A stretch of DNA of 63,182 nucleotides, filler included, from Octopus bimaculoides (lineage: Eukaryota), in the NCBI RefSeq assembly GCF_001194135.2. It is 5 parts of 5 records of this genome, joined end to end, with 100 filler letters (N's around TTAATTAATTAA, not from the genome) between each part and the next. Parts side by side here need not be neighbours in the genome. Positions count along the whole stretch, not along the records: positions 1 to 24,917 come from NC_068982.1; 4 more parts are not named here. The stretch is one strand, 5' to 3'. Shown piece by piece: positions 1 to 12,103 of this stretch. Numbering within the stretch: the first letter of the stretch is position 1; each line of letters opens with the position of its first letter. The notes under the pieces were generated by a model. That model searched no databases. It saw only the letters and a list, made by a program, of their open reading frames with translations, and was not told the origin of the DNA. A program made the translations under genes and the position numbers.

Positions 1-199
1 CCCGAAGACACCTTAGGAAGCCTCCTTCTTTTGGAGAATATTTCGTTGTTAAAATTTATTGTTATTGTTTTCACTTTTTACACGTTTCATTTTATGTGAC
101 CCCACATTGTATTGTCCTGTACCGTCCCTAATGTTTTTTTGCTAACCCTAAGTGGTTAATGAAGAAAACATTATTATTATTATTTATCATCATCAAAGT

Positions 200-410
200 G
201 GCAAGCTGGCCGAATCGTTAGCGCACTGAGGAAAATGTTTAGCGGCATTTCGTCTGTCCTCATGTTCTGAGTTCAAATTCCGTTGCGGTCGACTTTGCCT
301 TTCATCCTTTCGGGATCGATAAATTAAGTACCAGTGAAGCACTGGGATAGATATAATCAACTTCTCCCCTCCCCTAAAATTTTAGGTCTTGTGCCTTTAG
401 TAGAAAGGAT
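200..410 (+). mobile_element. tRNA-derived SINE, family B (GGCGAGCTGGCAGAATCGTTAG head)
   Basis: A-box-like TGGCCGAATCG, B-box-like GAGTTCAAATTCC, and body GTCGACTTTGCCTTTCATCCTTTCGGG..GATAAATTAAGTACCAG shared with 62212-62444 and other copies. Confidence 0.85.
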
Positions 411-539
411 AATTATTATTATTATTGCTACACATTTTCTTATTGTTTTAGGCTCGACGTACCATTTATCACGAACTCTCTAGGTTTACGGTCATGGTGA
501 GAAGCTATGACTTGTGTCATGCACATATGTATATATATG

Positions 540-550
<11 letters not shown>

Positions 551-589
<39 letters not shown>

Positions 590-623
590 NNNNNNNNNNN
601 NNNNNNNNNNNNNNNNNNNNNNN

Positions 624-678
<55 letters not shown>
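551..678. repeat. (CA)n and (TA)n microsatellites flanking an N gap
   Basis: Direct reading. Confidence 0.95.
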
Positions 679-679
<1 letters not shown>

Positions 680-699
680 CAACTCTGGTGATGATATCA

Positions 700-1078
700 T
701 TCCACGCATTCCGATCCATGTGGTTGGCTTTAACATGCTTGAGGTGGAGGTCGAGGTGTTGCAACTTCAGATCTTCCTCATTTTGTTTCGTTCATGTCTC
801 CTTTGGTGCACTGCGTCGCCTCTCCAGTGCATGGGTCGCTGCTGTCACAAAAGTTATTGTGGTAGTCTTCCGGTGCTCATCCTGCAGACATGGCCAAATC
901 TTTGCCCTTCGTCAGCTGATGGAAGAACGCACGTGCTGTGGGCCGAAGAAATTGTTTGTATTCATCGACTTCAAGTCTGCATTTGATTGCATCAACTGGA
1001 CCGGCCTATGGAGATCGTTGGAAACCGAACAAGTATCTCAGATTATTGCGCTCCTACGTTCGGCTTATGTAGGTCACA
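700..1078 (+). mobile_element. Non-LTR retrotransposon (LINE) reverse transcriptase fragment, degenerate
   Basis: Translates as SCRHGQIFALRQLMEER..LFVFIDFKSAFDCINWTGLWRSL, matching the LINE RT motifs QIF.LR and FIDF.KAFD.V. Confidence 0.8.
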
Positions 1079-1164
1079 TATAAAAAATAAAACAAGCACA
1101 AACTCTTCTTTTATTTTGCCTGTAAAATAGGTGTGAAACAGGTATATAGATATCAACATATATC

Positions 1165-1456
1165 GGTAATCTTCTAGTTTCGGGAGGTAAAAAAAAGTAA
1201 ATAAGAATACAAGGGAAATAACTTAACGTCTTACTAGTATTATCCGTACTCTCCTCACCCCACCCGTTCGCGAGCGCGCATTCTTCATATTCGTTCACAG
1301 CAAGTTGTTTTACACCTATTACACTAATTTTTGAGCTCGGGTCAAACGCTAAAAAAAAAAACATTTCAGAGTAGTACGGATAATACTAGTAAGACGTTAA
1401 GTTATTTCCCTTGTATTTTATTTACTTTTTTTACCTCCCGAAACTGGAAGATTACC
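1165..1456. mobile_element. MITE with ~85-bp terminal inverted repeats (Mutator-like by inference)
   Basis: 1165-1250 (GGTAATCTTCTAGTTTCGGGAGGT...TCCGTACT) is the reverse complement of 1373-1456; flanked by CAACATATATC (left) and CAACATATC (right). Confidence 0.75.
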
Positions 1457-2589
1457 CAACATATCTATCAATTATAATCATTATTACTCTTTTTCTAGTT
1501 TTAGTTCAAGAGTAGTTTCCATACTGGGACTCGAGGAATCATTTGTTTGACTAGTTTATAAATTTCTGATTTTTTTCTCGAAAAAAAAAAAAAGAAAGAA
1601 AAGAAAAAGAAAAAAAGAAACCTGTAAGAAGTCACCTCACTATTACTTGTCTGCCTCAATGACCTTCTTCGTAATAGTCCATAACGTCTATACTACCGAG
1701 GTGACGAAGCAGTAAATGTTCTTCCCACACTTTTTGTTACCTTTTGTTCGCATCTACTTCAACACACTACATTTTCTGCATGCAAATTCCTTATATACGT
1801 AAGAATTTCATTGTAGTTAATAATTTTGACTTTACAAGTATGGATAATGTGATAAAGTGAATGATGATATCATTTATTTCGTTAGTGTCTTAGTTGAAGT
1901 CGAGTCGTGTAGTGTGTGGTCCTCTCGTGTTATTGCAGTGGGGACAAACGCTGAAGGAAATGAATGAGAGATTCATATTCAGGAAAGATGTCCCGTTTTG
2001 AACACTAATATTTTCATAGAGTAAGACAAGATAGCTGAAGATAAAAATAAGTTACTGAGAGCAATATCACAGGAATGTCATCAGCATGAAAAAACGATAG
2101 CCAAGTCAGTGTTATATTTAATTCAGTGATAATGAGAAGTAATTATGTTGAGAGAAAAGACAATATTAGTTAATGATTAATGTCATTTCAACTATTTCGT
2201 CAAATACGGAAGATAACTGCAGGTGTATTTCGGCCTTAGTAAATCTACTCAGCCACAAATAATAATCACCGGGATAGAGATATGTTTTATTAGAGTCTAC
2301 ACAGCAATGTTCATCTAACAATGACTCATAACTTAACAGGGCCTTAGCACAACCATTCAGTAACACAGTACTGATAGTTATATCAAATGGCTATTGTTGT
2401 TGCTTTGTCGCAGTGAAACTTGTTTAAGAAAACCTATGCGCAAAACTATTCTATCTGAGACCACCACATCTGCATGCATAGTTTATCTAGGATCAATTTT
2501 GCTATGCTCTTCCCTTTTTTAACGACAGGGGAGATTTTAGGGAGAGTTGATTGCTATTTCTAGCAGGATGAGCTACTATATAGAGGCTC

Positions 2590-2880
2590 TCTTGTTGGTA
2601 TGATTGTTGAGCATAGAATTGGTAACGTGGTGAACGAAATGGTTTGTATGTTATAGGAATTCATAAGACATGATCCTAGCTAACTTCAAGGAGCAGAGTG
2701 AAGAGACAGCTTGAAGGTGGGCCAGGAGATGAAGTGTGTCTGTGAGTAATTTTATTCCACTCAGTTGGGTGTACCTTTTCTGGATGCAGTCTAGAATGTC
2801 TTTATGAGTTTCCCCTAAACTTTGTTGAGTATCAATAAATGTCGGTGGTTGAGTAGGAAGGACGAGTCAGTCCTTGAGAT
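2590..2880 (-). mobile_element. Degenerate LINE (CR1/L2/Jockey-like) ORF2 C-terminal fragment
   Basis: Minus strand reads ILDCIQKRYTQLSG..L..L.H..AVSSL..CS.KLA, resembling the LD.IQRRA.RLI..SL.HRR.VASL.L region after LINE RT. Confidence 0.4.
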
Positions 2881-4285
2881 GCGGTCTTAGCTATATTAAT
2901 GATATATTTTCGTCAGGGGAGATCTTCAATAATAGTGAAGCCCAACATTTAAAGAAGTGTTTCTCAACTGGGGTCCATATGGACCCTGGAGTCCATATAA
3001 AACTTTTAGGGTGTCAATGATCCTTATTATTGTTGTTGGTTATTATGAACAATTATTGCTTCTGTATCGATATTTTCATAATTTATATAATCTCACCTAT
3101 ACCATTTAGGTAATATTTTCTCCCACTCTCGTTATTACCTCTACCCTCTCCAGTTATAACCCTGAATCCCTACTTAAGTTCCTTCTCTTTCTATTTAAAT
3201 TTTAATAAGTTTTTGTTGAACTCTTATTAACTGCTTAAATGCCTTATGCACCTATTATTTTAGTTTTATCTCCAACTCATATCCTAGTGTAATAAAGCCG
3301 GCATAAAATCAGATCAAATCTAATAGAGCGAATGGCAGGGAGATATACATATATAGTTAACCCAAACTTTATCTTATAGATTGATAACGAACAAGACTGT
3401 TTGACTCCTTTTCTCTCTCCCACCCCTAACATGCTCACTAACTGCCCTGAAGCTATATTTATAGCTTCAAACGCCCTACCTACAAACTGATCTCTTAATG
3501 TCATCCTAGCTTTGCTGTTTCTCTCATTCCAAGCCAGCCTCAGTTGGAATCAAGTTCGACTGGCCCACAGTGGTAAAGAGTTGTTCTTATATTGCTTTGA
3601 AATGTTATGTATCATCTGATGAAAGCGTTTTTTTTTTAGTTTTGATGTTATGTACTCATTAATCTATTAAAAAAACAGCTGTAATGAATTGACGTGTACC
3701 CATCTTTTTATTTATTCATTTGTTCATAATACACCTCACTGGAATCTCGACCCATCAGACATTCTGGAGTATACCAAATAACGTATCAATACAACGTGCA
3801 CTTTTGGATTAGCCCATAGGCTCTGGATTTTTCACTGGATGTACTTCGGTAGCCAGGATATTTTTTCGACTAAAGGTGCTGTTTACAAATTAATTCAACC
3901 TAACCTGGTGTCTACCATTTAAGTATCTAAACCTTTGGAATCTTTAATATTGGATACAAATAATTTATGGTATAATTATAAACAGGGCAAACTTTAGCCA
4001 TTTCTCCGCAGACTGATAAAAAACTATGATAAACAACCTTAATCAATTTTCGCACCTTATTGAGTTTTCATCAGAGGCATCCGCATCATTCTGACGACAT
4101 CTGGAGATACAAACAACCAAACTATTTATATACTCAACAAATGCAGTAGTTACTCTCTGAAGGAATACCTAATTTGCATACCGAAAGTGTTTACCTTCTA
4201 TAAATTCAAGCGGCATGTTAACGGGGATCTTAGTCCACACAATATCAAGGTATGATATAATATATATGGCATATATGGTATTCAA

Positions 4286-4405
4286 GCTTCTTTCAGTTTC
4301 CAGCTACCAAATCCTCTCACAAGGCTTTGGTCGGCCCGAGACTATTGTAGAAGACACTTAGCCAAGGGGATTGAACCCAGAACCATGTGATTGGAAAGCA
4401 AGCTT
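4286..4405 (-). mobile_element. SINE family A, partial
   Basis: GCTTCTTTCAGTTTCC..CAAGGCTTTGGTCGGCCCGAG..TAGAAGACACTT matches full copies at 35381-35818 and 53293-53701. Confidence 0.8.
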
Positions 4406-4525
4406 GGGCAATTGGACGCTACCGCAGTGGTTCTTTGCTTCTCCATCAACTGGGTTATATGTAAGAAAACTCTAGGAAAAAGTCACATGCAAGATTTACA
4501 GTACATTCGCACGCACGCACGTATG

Positions 4526-4628
<103 letters not shown>

Positions 4629-5054
4629 CTGAATTGTGTATGTTTTAAGGTCGCAGAAGTGCGACGAAAATTTTGAAACTTCAAGAAATATACATAACAT
4701 AAGAGCCACGAATGTAGCTCAATAGTTAATATGGCTCTCCCACGATCTAATTGTTATACAAATATATATTAATTTATAACTGACTCAATTCGACAAGCTA
4801 AGCTGAGGCTATATTTGTTGAAACACTAAAATATAAAAACATAAACCACCTAAAAAAAACAAAAAAAAAACGAAAAATTAGATTTCCATACTTGTCAGGA
4901 AAACGGGAGAAAATAACATTTATCATATTTGATTCTATTCTCGCTTTTTTGTTCTAAGCTTTAAATATTCTGACATCCACTTATGTCCTATAGTATAGTT
5001 TGGAGAAGTAATAGTTTCAAATTTTTGTACTTTCCAGTAATTTCGGGGTGAGGT

Positions 5055-5222
5055 TAAGTCGATTACATTCACCCCAGTGCTCAACTGGTACCTGTTTTAT
5101 CACCCGCGAAAGAATAAAAGCAAGGTCGCCCTCGTTGGAATTTGAACTCAGAATGTGAAGACAGATGACATGCCAATAAGCACTTCACTCTGCGGGCTAA
5201 CGATTCTATCGGCTCACTGCCT
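5055..5222 (-). mobile_element. SINE family B, diverged
   Basis: CCCCAGTGCTCAACTGGTAC...GGAATTTGAACTCAGAATGT...CTAACGATTCT is the reverse complement of family B. Confidence 0.75.
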
Positions 5223-6582
5223 ATTTGGGGAAATGATAATAATGATGAAATGAAATTATTGCATACAGTACTCAGGTGCACCGCAAATATTCGTTTGAGC
5301 TCAATTGAAATAATCATTTAGATAAATATTAGTTTGTTTTGAACTTGATAAAGCGACTGTCCATGTCATGTGTGAGTTAATAGGAAGTTATGATATTCAT
5401 ATTATTCCTTACATCATTAATAGCGAAATTATGATGAATAGGCAATTAAGATAAATAGATTCGGCCTCTGTTAGATGTCTACCTCTTTTATATTGTGTGA
5501 TAATGTGATTATACAATCATCCCACCTCATAAATATTTAGGTGTGTGTGTGTATCGACTGGTCTTCGTTTATTGCTCTCTTCCTTCTGTTTTCAATGCAC
5601 ATATTCACTGAATATCGAGATATCAAATTTCATTTTCTAATTTCCTTTGCAAAATATTTCACTAGCAGAAATTCAACAAGGGGTATAATCGCAAACAGAG
5701 TTACTTCCCTTTGATTACAAACCAAAACAAGATAAAAATAGCAGAGAGAAAACGGAAAAAAAGAAACTTTTCAATCAAAGCCTACAATTTTACAACCGAC
5801 TTCAAGGCGACGAATGGTAGAATTTATATAGTTGCATCCTTTCATGTTCCGAATTAAAGTATCATTTAAGTACTGTGGTAAATAAAATCGGTTGTAAACT
5901 TTGTCACAAAATTTATGGTCCTGTGTTAAGGTCAGAAAACCTTTTATTTCCATCCTCATTTCATTAGTTCATTAATTCTGCCAGAGTCCTGTCTGCTTTT
6001 CGTTCATTCGAGGTAGATAAATAGATGAGTGATAGAGTCAGTTAAATCGACCACACCTTCTCAATAGGTTTATGGTATTGTGCAAAACATTTTTGGAGAT
6101 GTACTTGTCTAGCAAGTAATTTGATCTGAGACCGTATGTTGAAACAGAAACAATTACAGCGTGGAAGACACATATCAACCATTAAAAAATATACAAAAAC
6201 TGTTAACTTAGCTTCACTTTTTTATCATTTAGTGTCAAAATTTTCATCTCTCTAATTGCGACCTGGTCGCTGTCGCAGTGCGAAAATCAGGATAGCAAAT
6301 AATAAATGTTAAAGTGAAGTTGACAATTTTTGTTTTTGCTTCTGAATAACTAACGCTGTCATTGTTAGATTCTTTTCTCTTTTGTTCCAAATAAAATAAC
6401 CACACCTTGTGAAGGTCTCATTGCTTATGGAAAGTACAGGACAGGCAGCTGTCCCTCGGGAGCGAGCATAGTTTAATAACAAACTTTCGCCAATTGTTTT
6501 AAAATCCTGTGTAGTCACGAACAGACATAGACACCATCTCGCCTCCCTCTCTGATCTAGTGGAACATCTGGGATATGACTGC

Positions 6583-6584
<2 letters not shown>

Positions 6585-6678
<94 letters not shown>

Positions 6679-6740
6679 TAGATAGATAGATAGATATGTA
6701 GGTCGATAGGTAGGTAGGTAGGTAGGTAGAGAGAGAGGGA
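6585..6740. repeat. Compound (GA)n/(GATA)n/(GGTA)n microsatellite
   Basis: Direct reading. Confidence 0.95.
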
Positions 6741-6791
6741 AGGGGGGGGGGCTCTAACACCTATCATTTTCAGTTGAGTAAACAGGAGCAA

Positions 6792-7219
6792 TGTAAAATG
6801 AAGCGCCTTGTTCAGTGCTCTAGGTCTTTGACACTTGCCACTGATCCACACACGCATCTCGTCTCCAGCAACGATGTCCTGACACTAGCCAGTCTCCGCT
6901 CTCATCATTTCCACCAGACGCCTGTCTACATCATTGCTGTATGAAGACCACACGACCAACAAACCAGTCATCTGCCTCTGCATCCACCAACATTACGTCA
7001 ACTATGTCTACAACACCAACAGTCCAGCCAAACTACGAAGTCCTCTCACACATCTTTGTAATAACCTGTTATGTTTCGTTAATTCATGTATGGCAATCAT
7101 TGCATTTTATAACGGAGAATAAAACGTCGCTTACCAGTTCAATTTCAATCTCAGGTTGTATATATCCACATTCACACTTCCTCATTCACTCACTTCTTCG
7201 TTATAAGTAGTGACCCCGA
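6792..7219 (+). mobile_element. Possible LTR remnant followed by a tRNA-Trp-type primer binding site
   Basis: TGTAAAAT-like start, AATAAA near 7118, end ...TTCGTTATA-AG followed by TAGTGACCCCGA (7208-7219; 11/12 to the tRNA-Trp PBS TGGTGACCCCGA). Confidence 0.35.
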
Positions 7220-7682
7220 GCTATAACATCAACGTTATAACAAACTTCATCCAACCAAGTCTCACTGTCTTAGAAACAGATACACTGAATAATGTGGTCC
7301 TAAGTGGAACTCGCACACAAAATGGGTGTGTGTGTGTGTGTGTGTGAGAAAGGCAGGATGATCACGACTAGAATGTCTATGATTTTAGGTTTACTCGGTC
7401 AAAGCTGACCTGGTACTGCACAACAATGACAACGTCATTAGCAAAATCAAATAACAAGGAAAACAGCGATGCCGACGACGAGGTAGAGAACGTAACGTGA
7501 CAAGAACTATTTTGTCTATAATTTTGTCTCTTCTGCCACTCACCGCTCTTAAAACGACGAAATACAGCGAACAAAAAAGGTGGGGTTTACATTGATCAAA
7601 AGGGAATCAACAGAAATAAGGAGTGTACAGTTCTATATTTAAGAGATGAGGAATTATGTACATTATTTACACTATTTACATT

Positions 7683-8066
7683 AGAGGGATATATCGTAAA
7701 TATCTCCTTCGAGTAGAAGAAAATATGACCAAAAACTGCGCGTACTCAATCCCATGCAGCTGTTATAGGTTATACAAAGGCGAAACATGTCTCCCCCTCA
7801 AAATAAGGGTAGAGGAACATCGCAAAGCTGTGACACAAGGAGATATTGATAAATCGGGTATAGCTGAGTATGTATGGAAAAATGGAGACCACCTCCCCTT
7901 GTGGGATGAAGTTAAAATAATAGACAGAGAACAATGGAAAATACGAAAACTAAAAGAAGCAGCACATATGCTAGGACACAAATACCTCCTAAGCAGACCG
8001 AGTGCAGATAGGAATAGCATATGGGAACTGGTATTGCGGAAGGATAGGAAAATATTAGATTTATAA
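7683..8066 (+). pseudogene. Penelope-type GIY-YIG endonuclease (C-terminal part of a PLE ORF)
   Basis: KNCAYSIPCSCYRLYKGETCLPLKIRVEEHRKAV..KSGIAEYVW..H...WDEVKIIDRE..RKLKEAAHM, the PLE endonuclease pattern (VY.IPC.C...YIGET...L..R..EH). Confidence 0.9.
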
Positions 8067-8095
8067 GCCCTAAAATTCACAACATAATTGCCCAC

Positions 8096-8160
8096 AGGCA
8101 TATGGCGTAGTGGTTAAGAGCGCGGGCTACTAACCTCAAGATTCCGAGTTCGATTCCTGA
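8096..8160 (+). promoter_or_regulatory. tRNA-like internal Pol III promoter (A and B boxes)
   Basis: A box TGGCGTAGTGG (8103-8113); B box GAGTTCGATTCC (8146-8157). Confidence 0.8.
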
Positions 8161-8231
8161 ATAATAATAATAATAATAACAACATCGAAAAATACCTTAC
8201 GAATGAGAACCCAGGTTCGAAATTTCCCCAA

Positions 8232-8267
8232 GAAGGCTGGAGGGTATTTCAGCCGAAACGTTGTGTT
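8232..8267 (+). ncRNA. Hammerhead ribozyme remnant (CUGAUGA box deleted)
   Basis: Stem II GGCTG/CAGCC, GAAA, CGT-T, GTGT retained; ACACCTGATG, present in the 10751-10790 copy, is missing. Confidence 0.65.
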
Positions 8268-10671
8268 GACAACAAGCAAGATGAAGATAAATATCCGTCA
8301 AATGTAAATAATGTATAAGGAATGTAGAAATTAGAATTATAAATACATAATAAAATTCCCTACTAATGGGGTAGGCCACTTAGGGGAATTCTGGAAAAAC
8401 TCCACACAAAAGGGGTCTAGATAGAGAAACTGTCGATGCTTTATCGACAGTTTCTTTTTCCTGTTTCTTTCCTTCTATGTAGAAAACTCTACTCAGACGC
8501 CACCTTTCGATAAGCACACTTGAAGACAGCACCTGCTTTCTATCCTTACCTTCCTTTTCAAATGATACTTGAAGAAATTGTTGTGAGCTTGGCAAAGTAG
8601 GAAAGCGTCTGTCTTCAAACTTTGAGACGAGTCTGCCATGCAACCATTTTCGCAATAGTCACCAAGTAGAGAAAGATATGCCTCTCTTCCCTGCTCAAGG
8701 AAGGTAGCGCATCGATTTTCACTGTAGACTCGATGGACAATCAAATTCGTCTTGCTTGATACAGCAGAACGCTTTCGTCTTCCTGCAGCGAGTAATCAAC
8801 TCCTAGAATTTTGCGAAGTTATGTAAGCGCATCATCAGAGATGTCAAGTACTTGGTTGATAAACTTGACAATTTTGAGCGCGGTGGACGTTATCTTCAGA
8901 TAAATAATTCATTAGCAAGTCTAATTTATCAGCATCGTTGATATGTTTGTTGTCGTGACTTATACAATTCGACTTCTTAGCCTTCTAATTCACGAACTCT
9001 CCAGAGCCAGCGCATCAATACCATTAGTAAAAACTGCTTGTATCGAATAGCTTAGTTATGTCATCTTTCTGTGGTCGAGATAAAGTGTGTGCGTGTTCTG
9101 CTCCAGGAAGTTGACATTTTCAGCTGGTGTTCATGTACAAGATTATGAATATTTTGGAAATTATCGCCATAAGAATACGGAATGCAAACAACTTATTTAC
9201 TAAATAATCATTGATCAATCTTTATTTATAAGACAGTGATAGAATAATATTATGAACAAAAGAGGATAATGGCATACATAAACAAAAAGCTGAATATTAC
9301 TTTCTCGCAATATTCTCAATGATTAATGAGGATTGTATTACATATTCCGTCTCGAGAACAATGTGTTCAACTTTCAGTAATCATATTCATGCCTATATGT
9401 CTGACCGAATCATGCCGGTTACAGACTTGAAGACCATCATGACTTAGTTTCGTAGTCACTTAAGTGAAGCTTTTTCCGGTCAAAAGCTGTCAAAGTCAAC
9501 TTTACCTTTCTTATTTTCGGGGTCGATAAAATAAGTGTCTGTCGAGTACTAGGATCGATGTAAACAACTTCTTCCTCATCTCAAACTTGCTGACTTTGTG
9601 CCAAAATTAGAAAGAATTATATGAAGCTGTGAACATTTACATATACCTGTCAGCTTAATTTTAAAAGTCCCTATCTAAGATATAGCCAAGCTATATCAAT
9701 TTGACCACTACATCATCAATGGGTCTTGTGTTAAATTTATTCCGGCCGTGACTATTGTATTTTTTCTAGACATCTAGAAACATTATGGCCACCGTGAGAT
9801 CTTTGCAATATAAGACATGATTACTTTCGGGGTCCAGAGGGAGGATACCTCAAACATTTGTAGATTTAGGTTCTCTATGGATCTTACATATTTGATTATG
9901 TCTCTTCACTACAAATGATATGAAATGAAATTTATATTTGTAATTTTTCCATCTTTATAGAAAAATGATAAAAAAGAAAAAAATATGAACGAAGTACACA
10001 GCGTTTAGTATGTGATTATGAAAGTATAATTGAAGATGACTTGTCTCAAGATAATTGAGTATGACCACTGGTAATCTTTCGTAAATGTTTTGTTTCTTTG
10101 TACACCATATTGACCAGACAGCAATATACTTTATACAAAGATAAGAATAGAAACTAATGAAATAAAATTTCTTGACATTTTTAATCTGCAAAAATTTTAT
10201 TCACACTATCAAAATCAATTTCTCTAGCAAAGCTTAATTCATTAATCAATCTTGTGAAATGAACAACTCGAGTGTAGGAAACGTTTTTGATGTTTGAATT
10301 TTCTTAAAAATTTTCCTACTGAAACTGCTGTTGTTGGAATTATTTGCAATATTCTGAAATCATACAAACATATAGAAATATCTCACAAACTCCGTAGTCA
10401 ATCAGTAAATTTAGAGATTCAAAAAGTTTCGGTTCTGGTTTTCTAAATTTCACTTTATATGCTGACTGTAAATGTTGCAGTTTTATAACATCTTTGATAT
10501 TGGCCCACTAACACTAACTCTTTCACTTTTTTGTAGCTTACTTTCAGACATTTCCACAAAAAAAAAATCAAGCTTAAACTTTTACGCAATCAAATGCACT
10601 GTTACTCAATGATTAGCTAAACCATAAAACAGATTTTCTGAAGTAGTTGTCATTTGACGGATCGTCTGTAT

Positions 10672-10843
10672 AATACTGTTCTATATTTAAGAGATGAGAA
10701 ATTCTGTATCTTAGGAACGAGAACTCAGGATTGGGTTCAAAATTCCACCAGGACACCTGATGAAGGCTGCAGAGTAGATCCGAAACGTTGTGGTAACAAC
10801 AAACAAGATGAGGACACATATCCGTCCAATGTAAATAATGTAA
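10672..10843 (+). mobile_element. Short non-coding copy of the Penelope/tRNA/HHR family, inserted in the hAT fossil
   Basis: Perfect 11-bp TSD ATCGTCTGTAT (10661-10671 and 10844-10854). Inverted tail 10672-10708 matches 7628-7660; body matches 8195-8315. Confidence 0.85.
10754..10792 (+). ncRNA. Minimal type-I hammerhead ribozyme motif (stem II degraded)
   Basis: CAC-CTGATGA(10757-10763)-A-GG...CC-GAAA(10782-10785)-CGT-T-GTG. Confidence 0.65.
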
Positions 10844-11741
10844 ATCGTCTGTATCAGTCATTTTCGCCAGATTAGCATCAGTTGTTACATCATTGTGTGC
10901 TATTGCTCTCATTTGACCCAAGCACACAAGCCTCCATATCCATGGGAGAGTTTGATTTTCATTTCAAGATCTTATGTCACTTCGTTGGCCTCATTCCAAA
11001 TTCTTTTCCAGTTGTTTAATAATTTCATAATCTTCAAGGAGAGTTTTAATGTTTGTTACCGCACATCCAATGCAGTACTTAACATTCACGTCATTCTTTG
11101 TTTTGGTTGTTTAGTTTCAAGGATCTTGCAATGTTTACTTAACGTTGGTGAGGTGAAACTCAAAAGATTTGATGATACAAACCTGTAAGACCACTTAGTT
11201 TCTGGCATGCCGTATACAGACAAACCTATCCGATTTTCAAGTGATTTTCATCCATTTAAAGTTGAATCAAAATATGTTATAAATTCTTTGGACGGTTCCA
11301 AAATATGCTATGGCTTTCAGTTTGCGCTCAACTGTGTCGTTCTTTTTTTTTATCTTAAAAAACCTACCATACTCTCAAATTGACGTAGAAGGGGGAAAGT
11401 TTGCTGTTGAATACTACTGTCGTATTTTCGTTTGAACGTCATTGTACTTCCCTTTCATGTTGGCACCATTATCATTTGTTTGCACCCCGCACTCTCTTAA
11501 AGGAATGATGTGTTCTTCCAAGATATTGATGATTAACCCAACAATCAATGTTTATTGCCACAGTCTGCTCCTTAAATTTTTGTCATATTCCATGTTTATT
11601 ACTCTTTGAATAAATATACTTCAATAGAAATGTTGTCTGCTCAACGTGCGCGGACTTTGGAGTTGCATCCACAATAACTCCAAAATATTTTGACGACTTC
11701 TTTTCTAGCATAATATGTTACTTTACAAAGTTCCAATATTG

Positions 11742-11902
11742 CTCTCTTTTACTCTTTTACTTATTTCAGTCATTTGACTGCGGCCATGCTAGAACACTGC
11801 CTTTAGTCGACCAGTATTTATTCTATCGGTCTCTTTTGCCGAACCGCTAAGTTACGGGGACGTAAACACACCAGCATCGGTTGTCAAGCGATGTTGGGGC
11901 GA

Positions 11903-11956
<54 letters not shown>

Positions 11957-12103
11957 CGACGGACTTCTTTCAGTTTCCGTCTACCAAATCCACTCATAAG
12001 GCTTTGGTCGGCCCGAGGCTATAGTAGAAGACACTTGCCCAAGGTGCCATGCAGTGGGACTGAACTCGGAACCATGTGGTTGGTACGCAAGCTACTTACC
12101 ACA
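11742..12103 (-). mobile_element. SINE family A with internal (CA)n/(TA)n
   Basis: Near-identical to 35381-35818 and 53293-53701; (ACTCTTTT)n tail; head truncated. Confidence 0.92.

Larger units (their letters stand above)
7628..8315 (+). mobile_element. 5'-truncated Penelope-like element: inverted tail + GIY-YIG endonuclease fragment + tRNA-like head + hammerhead remnant + tail
   Basis: Flanked by TAAGGAGTGTA (7617-7627) and TAAGGAATGTA (8316-8326). 7628-7682 is an inverted copy and extension of the 3' tail motif TGTAAATAATGTA. Confidence 0.8.
10160..11740 (-). mobile_element. Fossil hAT transposase (many stops and frameshifts)
   Basis: Minus-strand motifs KYFGVIVDATPKSAHVEQ, QTNDNGANMKGKYNDVQ, ETKWS, YFRKSV and FRILQIIPTTAVS..REIDFDSV..IFA (hAT catalytic and dimerisation-domain patterns). 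Confidence 0.8.

Noticed and set aside
3616-3622. Isolated CTGATGA (also minus strand near 4069 and 35864-35870) as hammerheads
   Set aside because: No compatible stem II followed by GAAA and no stem I/III pairing.
3700-4130. Possible PHD- or integrase-like cysteine pattern on the minus strand
   Set aside because: Multiple stops and motifs too weak to assign by eye.
8096-8160. tRNA-like heads (also 39460-39525, 53293-53365, 62212-62300) as tRNA genes
   Set aside because: No complete cloverleaf or acceptor stem; they continue into repeat bodies present in multiple copies.
10651-10662. CATTTGACGGAT matches the reverse complement of the element tail next to the TSD
   Set aside because: It lies in the hAT reading frame (PSNDN) outside the TSD; probably coincidental.
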